A DNA stretch of 64,000 nucleotides from Anthoceros angustus. Its lineage: Eukaryota; Plantae; Anthocerotophyta. Both the position numbers and the translations under genes were made by a program. Below the pieces are notes generated by a model, which made no database searches, was not told the origin of the DNA, and was given only the letters and a program-made list of their open reading frames with translations. Shown one piece after another: positions 34,204-46,930 of this stretch. Where the stretch lies: contig MU008158.1 in assembly GCA_010909165.1 (NCBI GenBank), positions 1,451,478 to 1,515,477 on the forward strand, given 5' to 3'. Each line of letters opens with the position of its first letter. Within the stretch, counting starts at the first letter, position 1.

Positions 34204-35303
34204 CACTACTAGAAACATGGGGGTGTGGTTACGTTTTTATGTTACAATTTGGCCCTATTATGTAATATATGGGGGCCATTTGTGGGCTCATGTTACAGGT
34301 CTTAGCCGCGGGTCCATGGCTCAAAAGTGTAACATAAAACGTAACCTTTTCACTGTAACATGGCATCCTATGTTGAGTTTGGAGGGTCGGTTTATGTGGT
34401 TCGGCGGGCGTATAATACCTGTCGTGTTAGCGTAGGGATACTTTAATTTGCCACAGCTGGCGTGCAAGGGCCTCATTATTCTGTCAAGCATGGGCCCCGT
34501 CCAATCCTCTCTCCGCTTTGGCCACGTCACATACATGCTACAATACCATGGATGCACATGGCATGCTCGGACGGCTTTCTGCCTCGGGGGGACATATCAG
34601 CTCCTCCCCGTTCGCCACGCGCCCTTCCTCCCGCGAACTCAGCGTCAGTGGCATGATGACAAACATGTGCCGGTGCTTATGTGTACGATTGGTTGCCTTC
34701 CACATGGCACACTCTGCACCAACGCTCGTTTGTGTGCCTGTCTTTTGTATATTTCGGTTTACAAGAACCCCTCAATTGTATATTGCCAAAACTAGTTGTA
34801 TTCTGTACACAGGTGTTGTGGTGATACCCCGCTACGTGTTGTATACTGATCGCAATCACCCATACGCGGCGGTATACTTGATGCGCAATTTGCTTATCTT
34901 CAATGCCCGTGTGGCGTGCGCAGGTGATCGTGTTTTCGCCTGCGACCCCAATTGGTTTGCTTCGTTTAGTCTTGCCCCGTGATAGCTTTTTTCCGTGACC
35001 TGCCGCAGTGCGCATCTGCACTAAAGGGCACATGCAATCAATCGAAGTCTGCGGCAGCGAACTTGGATGGCCCCTCTGATGGACGGCCGTGAGAAGAAGG
35101 ATTCCTCTTTTGTTTTGACTTCTTCCCACTCATATGATTGGAGGCCTTTTCCTTCTGCTTATGCGCTGCTTCGTCCATTTGTTCGGTTGCCTGCCAATTA
35201 ATGAACAACAACAATTTTCACAACACACAACATGCAGGCGCTAGACTCACTGGTTTGTGTGACCACAACCGGCATACACAGCCAAACTGAATTCCCGGCA
35301 CAC

Positions 35304-35715
35304 CCTCGCCAAAATCTGCCATTGTCTGCCTTAATCGACCAACCCATGAATGCAGTGCAACATATTGAGGGTGCGATGGAACCGCCTCTCCCGACCCCAT
35401 TTTCAACTGTGACATGTCTCCAGCACACATTCGGCCCATGCACGCCGCAACCATCAGCACTTACCTTTTGCATCGGATGGCGTGCACGCTTGGCAGCCAC
35501 CCTTGCCCTCGCCAAAATCTGCCATTGTCTGCCTTAATCGATCAACCCATGAATGCAGTGCAGCATATTGAGGGTGCGATGGAGACGCCTCTCCCGACCC
35601 CATTTTCAACTGTGACATGTCTCCAGCACACATTCGGCCCATGCACGCCGCAACCATCAGCACTTACCTTTTGCATCGGATGGCGTGCCTGCTTGGCAGC
35701 CACCCTTGCCCTCGT
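35304..35715. repeat. ~203-bp tandem duplication
   Basis: cctcgccaaaatctgccattgtctgcc at ~35304 and ~35507. Confidence 0.9.
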
Positions 35716-35749
35716 CAATCGCCCAGGAATCTCCCGTGTTGTTCCTGGC

Positions 35750-37005
35750 CTTCCTTCGTCCTTCCGACGCTTTCGACTTGTCTTCGCAGGTGGTGACTAA
35801 ACCTCTTCCACGTCATCGCTAGAAGCACTGTTCCCGATAGATGGGATTTGTTGTGCACTCCTTCCCTCATTCTGACGTGCAGTGGACGACCTATGTGCAT
35901 GACTTCCATTATGCGCAGATTTGCGACTTTGTTCCTCCTCAACACCATTATCGTCCTGGACCATTTCCACCTCCTTCTGCCATTGTAGGTTGCCGTTTCC
36001 TACAATGTGGCCTTCCACCTCAGTCCTTCCGCATATGCCTGGCTTGACTCAACCATTTCTTCTTCCGTTGATTCCACCAACATGTCTTCCGGATCCATAG
36101 CGCATCGTTGTTTGCCGTGTGTCCTTGCTCATGTCCCTGTAGATTGCCACCGATCCCTTGTACATCGTCATCATTGCCAATACCCTGTAGGAGTTGTACC
36201 ATATTCGCTGTCGTCCGGCGGATGGATCTCATATCCAGCTCATCCGGAATTGAGTCTATTCCATGCCTGCATGTGCCACTCATCCTCCTTGCCCTTGCAT
36301 CCGTGATAACATTTGCCATATCTTGGCCTGCCTTCTTTGCATCCCAATACTCCTCGTCTCGCACGCCGTGTAATCGCCATACTACACCTCCTCCTCCGTT
36401 GGCGGCCGTGTTTACATTTGAACCTCTCCATCCAGCCTTGCTTGCCTCCTTTCCCCCATAGGTTGGGACCCATCCCCCCCGACTTCCCCAACCTCACTTT
36501 GGCTGCAATGGATGCTTTGGACGGGAGGAAATTGCCATGTTGGCGCAATTCAACTCTAGCCCAACTACGCTTGCCAAGATTTGTCGTCTGTGCCTGGGCT
36601 TTGTCGTTGTCTAGCACGCCTTTGTTCTCATCTCTTCCACCATTTCGCACATTCATATGGCCCGCAATGTTCATCACGGTTACGGAGGAGAATTTTTCCG
36701 ATTATTCTCTCATAAGGTGTCCGGAAGGCCTCCTCCACTTCCGCACACAGTTGTCGCTTCTGCTGTTCCGAAACGTCCTTCCACTTTTCCAACCCCGGCA
36801 TCTCCACCGTTGTTAAATTATGCCTCACCATTTTCACCATTTCCGCATGCCGTTCCGGACCGAGGCCCCCGTACGCCGCCGGATCTCCTGCCCCTTCATC
36901 TTGTTCAACTTCATCTGCCGGTTCATCCATGATGTTATGCACCCATTCTTTTCCTCTCCTATGAACAATGGCTTGCATCAAAGCCCTATTGTCCACCTTC
37001 TCCAC
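35750..37005 (-). pseudogene. CACTA TnpA-like (Transposase_24-like) ORF, frameshifted
   Basis: KWKDVSEQQKRQL..F and WGKGGKQGWMERFKCKHGR, similar to HFGNGGFVKFTNRFYQLFGRRPT in the 47-50 kb repeats. Family call by resemblance only. Confidence 0.55.
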
Positions 37006-37249
37006 AACAATCGGTGGGTGTAAGCAATCTCCTACACAGAACTGTGCGGCCGCCCACCACCTCCCTCAACAAAATTGTCATTCCACCTGTTGCCGAGGGT
37101 GGCAGCCGCCGCTTGATCACCGGCCGCAGTCCTTCTTCTCATCGTGGCATAGGTGTTGTGCGATGGCGGCTCTTCCCACCTCTTCCCGAGGCTCGACAGG
37201 TGTGGCCCTCGCTGCTTGTTCTCCCCGATAGGGCCGCATACTGTATGTG

Positions 37250-38105
37250 TTGCCCTCTGGATTCGTTATGGCCGGGGAGGTGGGTATGGGGATGAACCTC
37301 TGCTGCCCATCCCACCTACTTTCAGCGCCTGGCGCTGATAGTCCATGCCTCGCTCGCCTAACCCGCCTACACAAGTCCACAAGCATGCACCTTGTCAGTG
37401 GAGGTGGCACATGCGGGGTGCTATATTCCTGATACCAACTCTCCCACCGTTGACCTCACATGATGCTCCAGATCGTCGCCGGTGTGAACATCATCCAGTG
37501 TTCCGTCGAATCCGTCCAAATCTTCCAGCTGAGGCGTTGGTAGCCGAATCCGCTCCATAGCTGCAACACCGGCAGAAGCGTACCTTAGAAGCCGCGCACG
37601 CGAAGAGGGCCAACAAAAGCAGGTCACTGCTAAAGCGGAGCCTTCCTGAACACTCGCCAGGTGACATGCAAGATGATGGTCTCAAGTGCCCTCTGGATTC
37701 GTTATGGCCGGGGAGGTGGGTATGGGGATGAACCTCTGCTGCCCATCCCACCTGTTTTCAGGCGTTTCCTGGGCGTTGATAGTCCATGCCTCGTTCTCGT
37801 CTAACCCAGCCAGCTACACAAGTCCACAAGCATGCACCTTGTCAGTGGAGGTGGCACATGCGGGGTGCTATATTCCTGATACCAACTCTCCCACCGTTGA
37901 CCTCACATGATGCTCCAGATCGTCGCGGTGTGAACATCATCCGGTTAGTCGAATCGTCCAAATCTTCCGGTGGCGTTGGTAGCGAATCCGCTCCATAGCA
38001 TGCCGTGACGTACCGCGCCGCGAGAGGGCCAACAAAAGCGGTCCTTTGCTAAGCGGGCCTTCACGAACACTCGCCAGGTGACATGCAAGATGATGGTGTC
38101 AAGCG
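37250..38105. repeat. ~440-bp tandem duplication
   Basis: tgccctctggattcgttatggccgggg... at ~37251 and ~37687. Confidence 0.88.
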
Positions 38106-39480
38106 CCCTCTTGTGCTTGATGATGGAGTTCCCACGGGTTGCCACCAGTGCCGGTCCATGTTCAAAGGTCCCCGCCTCGCATGGAGTCCTTGTTTCTGAG
38201 CGCTTGGCGGCGGCCATGGACAACACACGGGCAGCGAAGGCAATCGAAGAGGCCATTCTCACCTTCTTCACAGACGCCGGCCAGCCCCTCGCCAAAATCT
38301 GCCTCCATCGCGCCACTTCACACCGATCACCAGAAGCATGGATACATGTGCCATGCCTCGGCTCATCACGTTGAATCCCACCGCGGTCGTGATTTCCACC
38401 AGACCTGCGTTGATGTTGAAGGGATCCTCCGTACTCCGGTAGTCGTGCATGCAACTTCTAGAAGACTTCAAGAGATCCAGGCCACGGTAGATGAATTGGT
38501 TGTTTCCCTTGAACAATTTAACTCTAGCAGAACTACGGCCTTCTCTGCGAGAGATCCAATTTATGCATTGTACTGCCCTAGCCTCAAGCAACGATGTGAG
38601 GAGGCTTCCAAGAGGGTAGCGCTGTAATTTCTTACCAGGATTGTGGTGCCTCAAGCCATAATTTCAGTGATTGCTTGTAGAATTTTGCTGGATTCTGCAG
38701 CATCTTGTTGCTGGCTCTGAAGAGGTGTCACGGGACTTGGTGGCGGTTGGTGTAGGGAGCCACCTGGAAAGGTGCCCTAACTTTAGTTTCCACCTTTCCT
38801 CTTTATTTTCTAGTAACCCTAAAAACACAAAACTGAAACGTTATTAGTTAAGTTCTTGTACCCCTTCTACTCTCGTTCAGTTTGCTGCCTGTCATGGCAC
38901 GCAGTGGTAGAAAGAGGTAGATAAGAATCTGAGTGTGATGGTGTGTGTGTGCTATGTGTGTGGTGGCATGATGAGTGGCATGGGTATGGAAATAGGATGG
39001 TGTCATGGCTATGTGGACCATACAAGGCGAATACGGTCAGCGCAATTAAGGCTCGGCGAAGATCTCCGACATGTCGGGTGTGATCAGCTCTCTAATCAGT
39101 CGAATTAAGATCGGCGGTGTAGGCTACAAAGTCCAAAGAATCCGTCATTGAGGCGGATTGTTGATGTCTGATTCAAGAGAACAGCCAGACAGATCCCAAG
39201 CACTTTTTCATGCACCTTGTGATGCTTCAGCTGTGGTGTGTGCATAGGATAACCATCCCAAGCCAGTAATTTTTGCTCATTTGCAAACGCAGTGAGACGG
39301 AGGTGGTGATGACGCATGTGGCCCAAGGTTACGAGTTGATAGCAAGTAGTTGAAAGACTTTCTGTTTTGTGGATTTTGATAGGATGGCATGCTGCCATGC
39401 CCGCTATGCGGCCGTGGCGCGACATGCCCCCTCTTCATATCTTTGTTATTCTTTTCTAGCCAACTTTTTTATTCCAGTTT

Positions 39481-41850
39481 ATGTCTGGATATTGGTGGGA
39501 CTTTAGTGATGACTTAGATGAGGGCATAGAGACTGAATCAGATTTTCTTAACTCGTTAGCCTCTCAGTTTCCTTCCTTCTCTCCACCTATTCCTCCTGTT
39601 TTTATCAAAATGGATGGAGGAACATCTTACAATGGGGAATTAAAGGAAAAGGACAGGTTTGATGGCAAACCTGCAAGGTACGAGAGCTGGCGAGCTAGGA
39701 TGAAGGCCTTTCTGGATGCACGTGATGTTTGGGAATTTGTGGATGGCTCCATTCCCCAACCAGAACCAAGCATTACTTGAAGAGATAGCCAAATTAACAA
39801 AGGCAACAAAATTGCATTTGCCATTTTGCTATCCGGTTTGGATGAGGCCACTATGAGGTTGAGTTTCTACCAACCGCAATACACGTCTGACAATCAAGGA
39901 CACCTATCAAGTGCAGAACATCCTAAACTTAGTTGCTGCAAGAAATGACTTCTATGGGTTAAGGATGAAGGAAGGAGACACGATATGAGCGCACATCAGC
40001 AAATTCAGATACCTCAAGGCGCAGCTTTCCATGCTTGGAAGCAAGCTTGAGGATATTGATGTTGTGGCTCAGGTTCTATCCAGCCTCCCTCCCTCTTATC
40101 AGCAATTTGTCTCAAGTCAAAATTCTTCGTTGCGTTCTTACATGTCCGTGTGAAAATTTGGGCCACTCTTACCCTCAATGAGCTCATTGGCGCTCTACAT
40201 CAAGAGGAGCAGTAGGACACGATTTGGTGGCACATGGTGCGCCGCGGATAAGGTCCTTGTTGCATCCAAGGGAAAACGTTTGGACAGGGAGAGACAAGGG
40301 AAGAAGAAAAAGTACCCAACACACACACTCCCGCTGCAAGCGTGAAGGTACACAATGGTGTCAAATTCAGGTCCTTTGGGAAGAGATTATTGTCGAAGAA
40401 GGCTGGTGAGCCACGAAGGATTCCAAACCTCTAGTTCATGTGGCTTCCAAGGGATCTTCCTCTGAGCCGCTCTAAGAGTAGCTCTTACATTCTCGCAGTG
40501 CCTTACTTCTTTTGTGAAGTCTCCCACTTTGGTTCATAGACTGCAGGCGCCATGAACAATCGACTCTCTCAACCTTCCAAAGTCGAGGCGGAAGCGGTTG
40601 GTCTATGTGGGGATTCTCGTGGAGTTGATGTGAAGGGTAGTGGTTCGATTGACATACCTCTTGATGGTTCCAGTTGCAATTGCTGGATGTTCTCTTGTTC
40701 ACGGAATGTCGAAGAATTTGCTCTCTATAAGAGCTCTTACACAATCGCCTTTTGGTTGGGTTCAGATTTGAATTGAGCATTTGCTTGTATAAGATTTTCC
40801 ATACGCATAGCAAGAGGTGTCCTGGTTAATGAACTTTATCAGCTACAAGTGTTGTCCCAAGTTCAGCAGGCTGCTATTGCTACATCGGCAAAATCTGTTG
40901 TTGAACTTTGGCATGCTCGCCTTGGTCATATCCACAAGGCAAAATTGAGTTTGATGTCTTCTATGGACTGTTACAAGGAGAAACTTCCAGCTCAATTCAA
41001 GGACCTTCCTGCTTGCAAATCATGTATCTTGTCCAAGCAAAAGGAATTACCTTTTAAAAATAAGGATGCTACTAGGGCCACTGAGGTACTTGAGCTTGTC
41101 CATGTGGATATTGCTGGCAAGCTGCAAGTCTCCTCCTTGGGGGGCGCTTGGTATTATCTCACTCTTACAGATGACTACTCTCGATTCACTTGGACATTTC
41201 CTTTGAAGTTGAAGAGTGAGGCATTTGATAAGATAGCCGCTTGGATTCCCCTGGTTCAACGACAAACTGGAAAGTTAGTTAAATGTCTACGGACTGATAA
41301 TGGTGGGGAATTTCTTGGGGCAAAGTATGATGATCTTCTTCAGAAAAATGGAATTAGAAGGCAACTCACAGTTCCATACACTCCTCAGCAAAATGGAGTG
41401 GCTGAGAGAAAAAATCAGACTTTGATGGGGATGACACGCAGTATGCTCTCCTGGTCAGGACTTCCAAAGGGATATTGGGCAGAGGCAATTGTGACGGCTA
41501 CTTATATCTTAAACAGAGTTCCCAGCCTCTTTACCTGATACAACCCCTTTTGAAGCCTTTTGGAGCAAGAAACCCAGTTTGTTGCATCTTCGTGTCTTTG
41601 GCTCCCTTGATTTTTTGTTCATTCCTGTGTCCAAACGTCAGAAGTTAGATCATAGGTTCAGGCCCTATTTCTTTGTAGGCTATTTTGAGGAAAGTAAAGC
41701 CTACAAGCTGTATGACCCTAAGACCAGGAAACTCACACTTACTCGTAGTGTCACCTTTTGTGAACTACATTCTCCTAACACTGTGGAAGATTCAGATCTG
41801 CATTTTTCTCCTTCACGTGAGTCCGCTGAAACTGAAAAGCCATTATTGTT
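39481..41850 (+). mobile_element. copia internal region gag-PR-INT (probably the body of copia-3), 3'-truncated
   Basis: RFDGKPARYESWRARMKAFL and LWHARLGH...CKSCILSKQ. Integrase LELVHVDIAG, RTDNGGEF, PQQNGVAERKN, WAEA. Confidence 0.9.
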
Positions 41851-43660
41851 GGGCGTTGGGCACCATTGAATGACAAGCCATTGTTGGGCGTTGGGCGCCA
41901 TTGTATGACAAGCCATTGACGGGCCCTAGGCACCATTGTATAGTCGATCATATTTGTGCCGGCGCAAAGCGGTTAACATTTCATCTTGGAAGGTTGATTA
42001 TCTTTGTTTATCCGGAGAAAGGCTAGACAAGCTATAGCTTGGCATGGTTACTCTTTGCTACCATTGGCAAAAGTACCCATGGAAATTGGATCATGATGAC
42101 AAAGGCATTGTAAGGTGTACAAATCAATTGGGAGTATGTTCAAAAGGGACTCATAGTACGAGTCCGCCTCATCGCATGTTCGAGTTCCCACACGTTGCGT
42201 CTTGGAAATTTGAATCGGTGTATATTAGTAAATAGATTGGGGTTTAGATTTTGATGGGGAGGTGGCGGTTCCGCCTTTTGTGGGCCATATGAAGTTCTAA
42301 TGCTTCCATATAGTCTTTTAATCATCTAGTTAGCCTTGGCTAGATTACGGATCTTCTTGTAGTCACTCGTCTCGAATTTACTTTGTGATTAAACTTCTCT
42401 AGAAAATTCATGCCCTCATTACATTTCTTACTAGCAAAGAGTAAAGCATGTTTCAGAAAGCTCTAGACTGGTTCCTCGGAAAATCTACGGAGATTACTTC
42501 AAGGATAAGTATGTCTTTGCATTGTTGCTTTCTCCGACTACATACTCTTTCCTTTAGGGGGGGAAGTGGGGGTAGGGATAACGAGGAAGAGTTTTTTATG
42601 GGGGGTGGAAGACGGGGGAGAGACGGGGTGGGGTATTTTAAATTTGGCATATTGTATTGGGCGCAATTTTTGGGCGTTAATTGAGCGCCATAGTTGAGCG
42701 TTGGGTCCCATTATTGTTGGGCGTTGGGCGCCATTATTGGGCGTTAATTGTGCGTCATAGTTGAGCATTGGGCGCCATTATTGTTGGCGGTATTGTTGGA
42801 CGTTATTTGGGCACCATTGTATGGCCAGCCATTAGGGCATTGTTGGCGCATTGTTGGGCGTTAATTGCGCCATTGTTGTTAGATGCCATTGTTGCGTTAT
42901 TTGGGCGCCATTGTTGGCGTTAATTGGCGCCATTATTGGGCGTTAATTGCCATTGTATTGTTAATTGGCGCCATTATTGGGCGTTAATTGGGTGGAGCCA
43001 ACAAGGGATGTTTGATCTGAGGAGGCTACTTACAATTGTATTGAATAGATTGGGGCACAAGGGGTGATTTTGGGAGGCGGTTTTCACTAAAAGCAGTTGG
43101 GGTTAACGTTTCATCTTGGAAGGTTGATTATCTTTGTTTGTCAGAGAAAGGCTAGACAAGCTATAGCTTGGCATGGTTACATGCTACCATTGGCAAAAGT
43201 ACTCAAGGAAATTAGATCACATGACAAAGGCATTTTAAGGTGCACAAATCAATTGGGAGTATGTTCAAAAGGGCTCATAGTTCGAGTCCGCCTCATCGTA
43301 TCGTTCGAGTTCCCATACGTTCGAGCTTCACGGTATTTGAATGAGCGTATATTAGTGAATAGATTGGGGTTTAGATTTTGATGGGGAGGTGGTGGTTCCG
43401 CCTTTTGTGGGCCATATGAAATTCTAATGCCTTCATATAGTTTGCTAATCGTCTAGTTAGCCTTGGTCGATTCTGGATCTGCAGTAGTCACTCGTCTCAC
43501 CGGTCGAATTTACTTGTGATTAAACTTCTCTAGGGAATTCATGCTCTCATTACATTTCTTACTAACAAAGGCGGAGCATGTGCCGAAAGCTCAAGGCTCC
43601 TTGAATATCTACGGAGATTACTTCAAGGATAAGTATGTCTTTGCATTGTTTCCTTGTCCC
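41845..43660. repeat. ttgggcgccattgt-type satellite (41845-41945, 42650-42995) alternating with a ~570-bp duplicated segment (41970-42540 / 43098-43660)
   Basis: Direct inspection. A partial third copy lies at ~43765-43950. Probably degenerate TE internal sequence. Confidence 0.8.
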
Positions 43661-44129
43661 ACGTCTATGTACCCTTTCCTTTCATAAGGCCACCAAGCTC
43701 GGGAAAGGATGTTTGCTATGAGGAAGGCTAATATTTGCTTGGGTTTGGTTTGGTTTGGTTTGACTATCTTTGTCTATCCAAAGAAAGGCTGGACAAGCTG
43801 TGGGAATAGTCGAGGATGTACATGCTATCGTTGGCAAAAATCGGAGGAAACTAGTTCAACACATTAATGACAAAGGCATTACAGACAGAAATGAACTAGA
43901 AGTATATATGTTTGATTATAAGCGGCTCATGGTTCGAGTCCGCACCATCGTAAAAATAATTCACACATTATAAGCAAGCCTTGTATATGTTATAATTAAG
44001 ACCAAACTCAAACCCCAAGCATTGTATCACATTTTGAAATTTCAAAACCTTCTAACACCGCATACATGACGTATCGCTCATTCTCAATTCCTCATCGATG
44101 TCGTAAGATGATATCTATCGTAGCTCATT

Positions 44130-44570
44130 CTTGTCCTCATCTTTTTATTGTCATCCTCGTCTTCGCTTCGTCCTCATCTTTGCTTTCATCCTCATCTTCC
44201 TTGTCATCCTCGTCTTTGCTTTCATCCTCATCTTCCTTGTCATCCTCATCTTTTCTTTCATCCTCATCTTTGCTTTCATCCTCATCTTCCTTATCATCCT
44301 CATCTTTACTTTCCTCTTCATCTTCCCTTCGTCCACATCTTCCTCTTCTTCCTTGTTGTCCTCATCTTCCTCTTCTTCCTTGTTGGCGTCCTCGTCTTGA
44401 TTCCATGTCCTTCTCATTTTCGCTACCCTCCTCATCTTAGTAGTCTCTTCATCGATATCCTCTCTACCGCATCCTCGTCTTCCTCATCATCCGCATCTTC
44501 CTTGTCATCCTCATCATCACTATCACCATCATCTTCCTGTCGTCTTCATCTTCCTGTCTTCATCTTGATC
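44130..44570. repeat. low-complexity 18/36-bp tcatcctcatcttcc array (D/E/K-rich on minus)
   Basis: Direct inspection. Confidence 0.85.
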
Positions 44571-44998
44571 CGTAGGTACCCGCCGCCCTTTCCATCTTCG
44601 ATTTGGGATTCCGGCGTCCCAACTCCTCAACAAGCCTGGTGCGACTGCCCTACTCCCGGTAGTCAGCGGACTACGGCGTGATGTTTGTCCCCACGGTAGT
44701 CTGGGACTACTAGTGGTAGGGTGGTCACCGAGGTAGGGTGACCCCTATGACTGTCCCCTCTCCCGCTCTCGCGCCGTCTCCCGATCTTGGCATCGCGGTG
44801 ACTCCTTCACCTCCCGACTCCTCGGTCTGCTCACACTCTCCCTCTCACGTCCACAGGCTCACGGACTCTCCCTCTCACAGGCTCAAGGCTCAATTTTCAA
44901 GGCTCACAAGCTCCAGCTCACAAGCTCTCACAGTGCTCATAGGCTCCTGCACTCAGGCTCGCACTCTTGCAGGCTCGCACAAAACTCACACACACACA

Positions 44999-45042
<44 letters not shown>

Positions 45043-46229
45043 TAAACACACAAACATAGAAGCCATTCCCCACACACAGACTCCCACAAACAAACATGGG
45101 GCCATTCCCCAGACACACACACTCCATTGGGGCCATTCCCCGGACACACACAAAGGGACATTCCCACAAAAAGCCGATGTCGATCAATTTCTAAGAGTTT
45201 CTAAGGAGCAACTAAAAGAAAGCACCAAACTAGAATTCCTCGCTCCTTGATCTCTTCAAATTGGACTTGAAGTTGAAGCCTCATTTCCTTCCTCTTCATG
45301 CTCTTCACCCTTGATGACTTGAGCTCTTTGGCGTAGTCCGGACCTAGCTTCACAAGGCGTTGAGCTTCAAGTTCTGTCGTCGATTCGATGAGAGGCCATG
45401 AGATTGAAAAACTTTTCCTGCATTTAGAGAGGGATACCTCAACCTCTTCAAATTCTTCCACCTCTTCCATGAGATGGAGTGGTTCAACTTCAACAAGTAC
45501 TTCATCGTGGCTTCGTTCCTGCTCTTGACCACACTTGGGAGGTTAAGGCTTCCCACCCGAGGGGCGGAGGCCACAGGTCTGCAAGAATCGAATATGTTAC
45601 CAAGAAGCCGGTGTTACAAGCAGACTTGAAAGATCTTCTATAAGAACTACAGAGGAGAAAGATCCTCACTTAACCCGGGCTTCAATCTAGGCACCAAATT
45701 GTCCAAAAACCAGCCGTCATCATCACTATCACCATCATCTTCCCCGCCGCCTTCATCTTCCTGGTCCTTCATCTTGATCCCAGAGGTGCTCTTGCACCGC
45801 ACTTTCCATCTTGAGTTGGATCTGCGTCCCAACTCCTCAACAACCGCCGTGTCTGCGGGCACGTTTTCTACTCCGGTAGTCCCGCAGCATCACGGGGCGT
45901 AATGTGTTGTCCCCACGGTAGTCTGGTGACTACGTAGGGTGGTCACCTCACCGAGGTAGGGTGACCCCTATGAGGCTGTCCCCTCTCCCTTGCCTCCGCC
46001 TGCCTCCCGATCTTGGCATCGCGGTGACTCCTTCACCTCCCGACTCCTCGACATGTGCTCACACTCTCCCTCTCCACAGGCTCAAGGCTCACAAGCTCTC
46101 ACAGCTCAAGGCTCAATTTTCAAGGCTCACAAGCTCGGCTCACAAGCTCTCACAGTGCTCATAGGCTCTCACACCGCTCCAAGGCTCGCACACACTCTTG
46201 CAGGCTCGCACAAAACTCACACACACACA

Positions 46230-46269
<40 letters not shown>

Positions 46270-46930
46270 TAAACACACAAACATAGAAGCCATTCCCCGG
46301 ACACAGACTATTAAACAAACATGGGGCCATTCCCCACACACACACTCACAAACATTGGGGCCATTCCCCAGACACACAAAGGGACATTCCCACAAAAGCG
46401 ACGTGATTCAATTTCTAAGAGTTTCTAAGGAGCAACTAAAAGAAAGCACCAAACTAGAATTCCTCGCTCCTTGATCTCTTCAAATTGGACTGGTTGAAGC
46501 CTCATTTCCTTCCTCTTCATGCTCTTCACCCTTGATGACTTGAGCTCTTTGGCGTAGTCCGGACCTAGCTTCAAAGAAGGCGTTGAGCTTCAAGTTCTGT
46601 CGTCGTTCGGAGAGGCCATGAGATTGAAAAACTTTTCCCATTTAGAGAGGGATACCTCAACCTCTTCAAATTCTTCCACCTCTTCCATGAGATGGAGTGG
46701 TTCAACTTCAACAAGTACTTCATCGTGGCTTCGTTCCACACCGGCCGACCACACTTGGGAGGTTAAGGCTTCCCACCCGAGGGAGGCCACACCCGATTCT
46801 GCAAGAATCGAATATGTTACCAAGAAGCCGTGTTACAACAAAGACTTGAAAGATCTTCTATAAGAACTACAGAGGAGAAAGATCCTCACTTAACCCGGGC
46901 TTCAATCTAGGCACCAAATTGTCCAAAAAC
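44510..46930. repeat. two ~1.2-kb tandem units (type A), each with a (CA)n microsatellite (~44986-45040, ~46217-46268)
   Basis: Co-linear homology between 44510-45720 and 45721-46930. Confidence 0.9.

Larger units (their letters stand above)
34204..38830 (-). mobile_element. CACTA terminus and 3' half (probably of element 1, displaced by inversion)
   Basis: CACTACTAGAAA at 34204 with gttac/gtaac subterminal motifs, inserted into copia-2 RNase H. Contains a TnpA-like ORF. Right limit approximate. Confidence 0.75.

Noticed and set aside
39390-39433. GC-rich hairpin as a Helitron 3' end
   Set aside because: No CTRR terminus follows and no matching 5' TC end was found.
44066-44681. Ser-, His/Pro- and Met/Lys-rich ORFs
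   Set aside because: Frames of a low-complexity tandem repeat.
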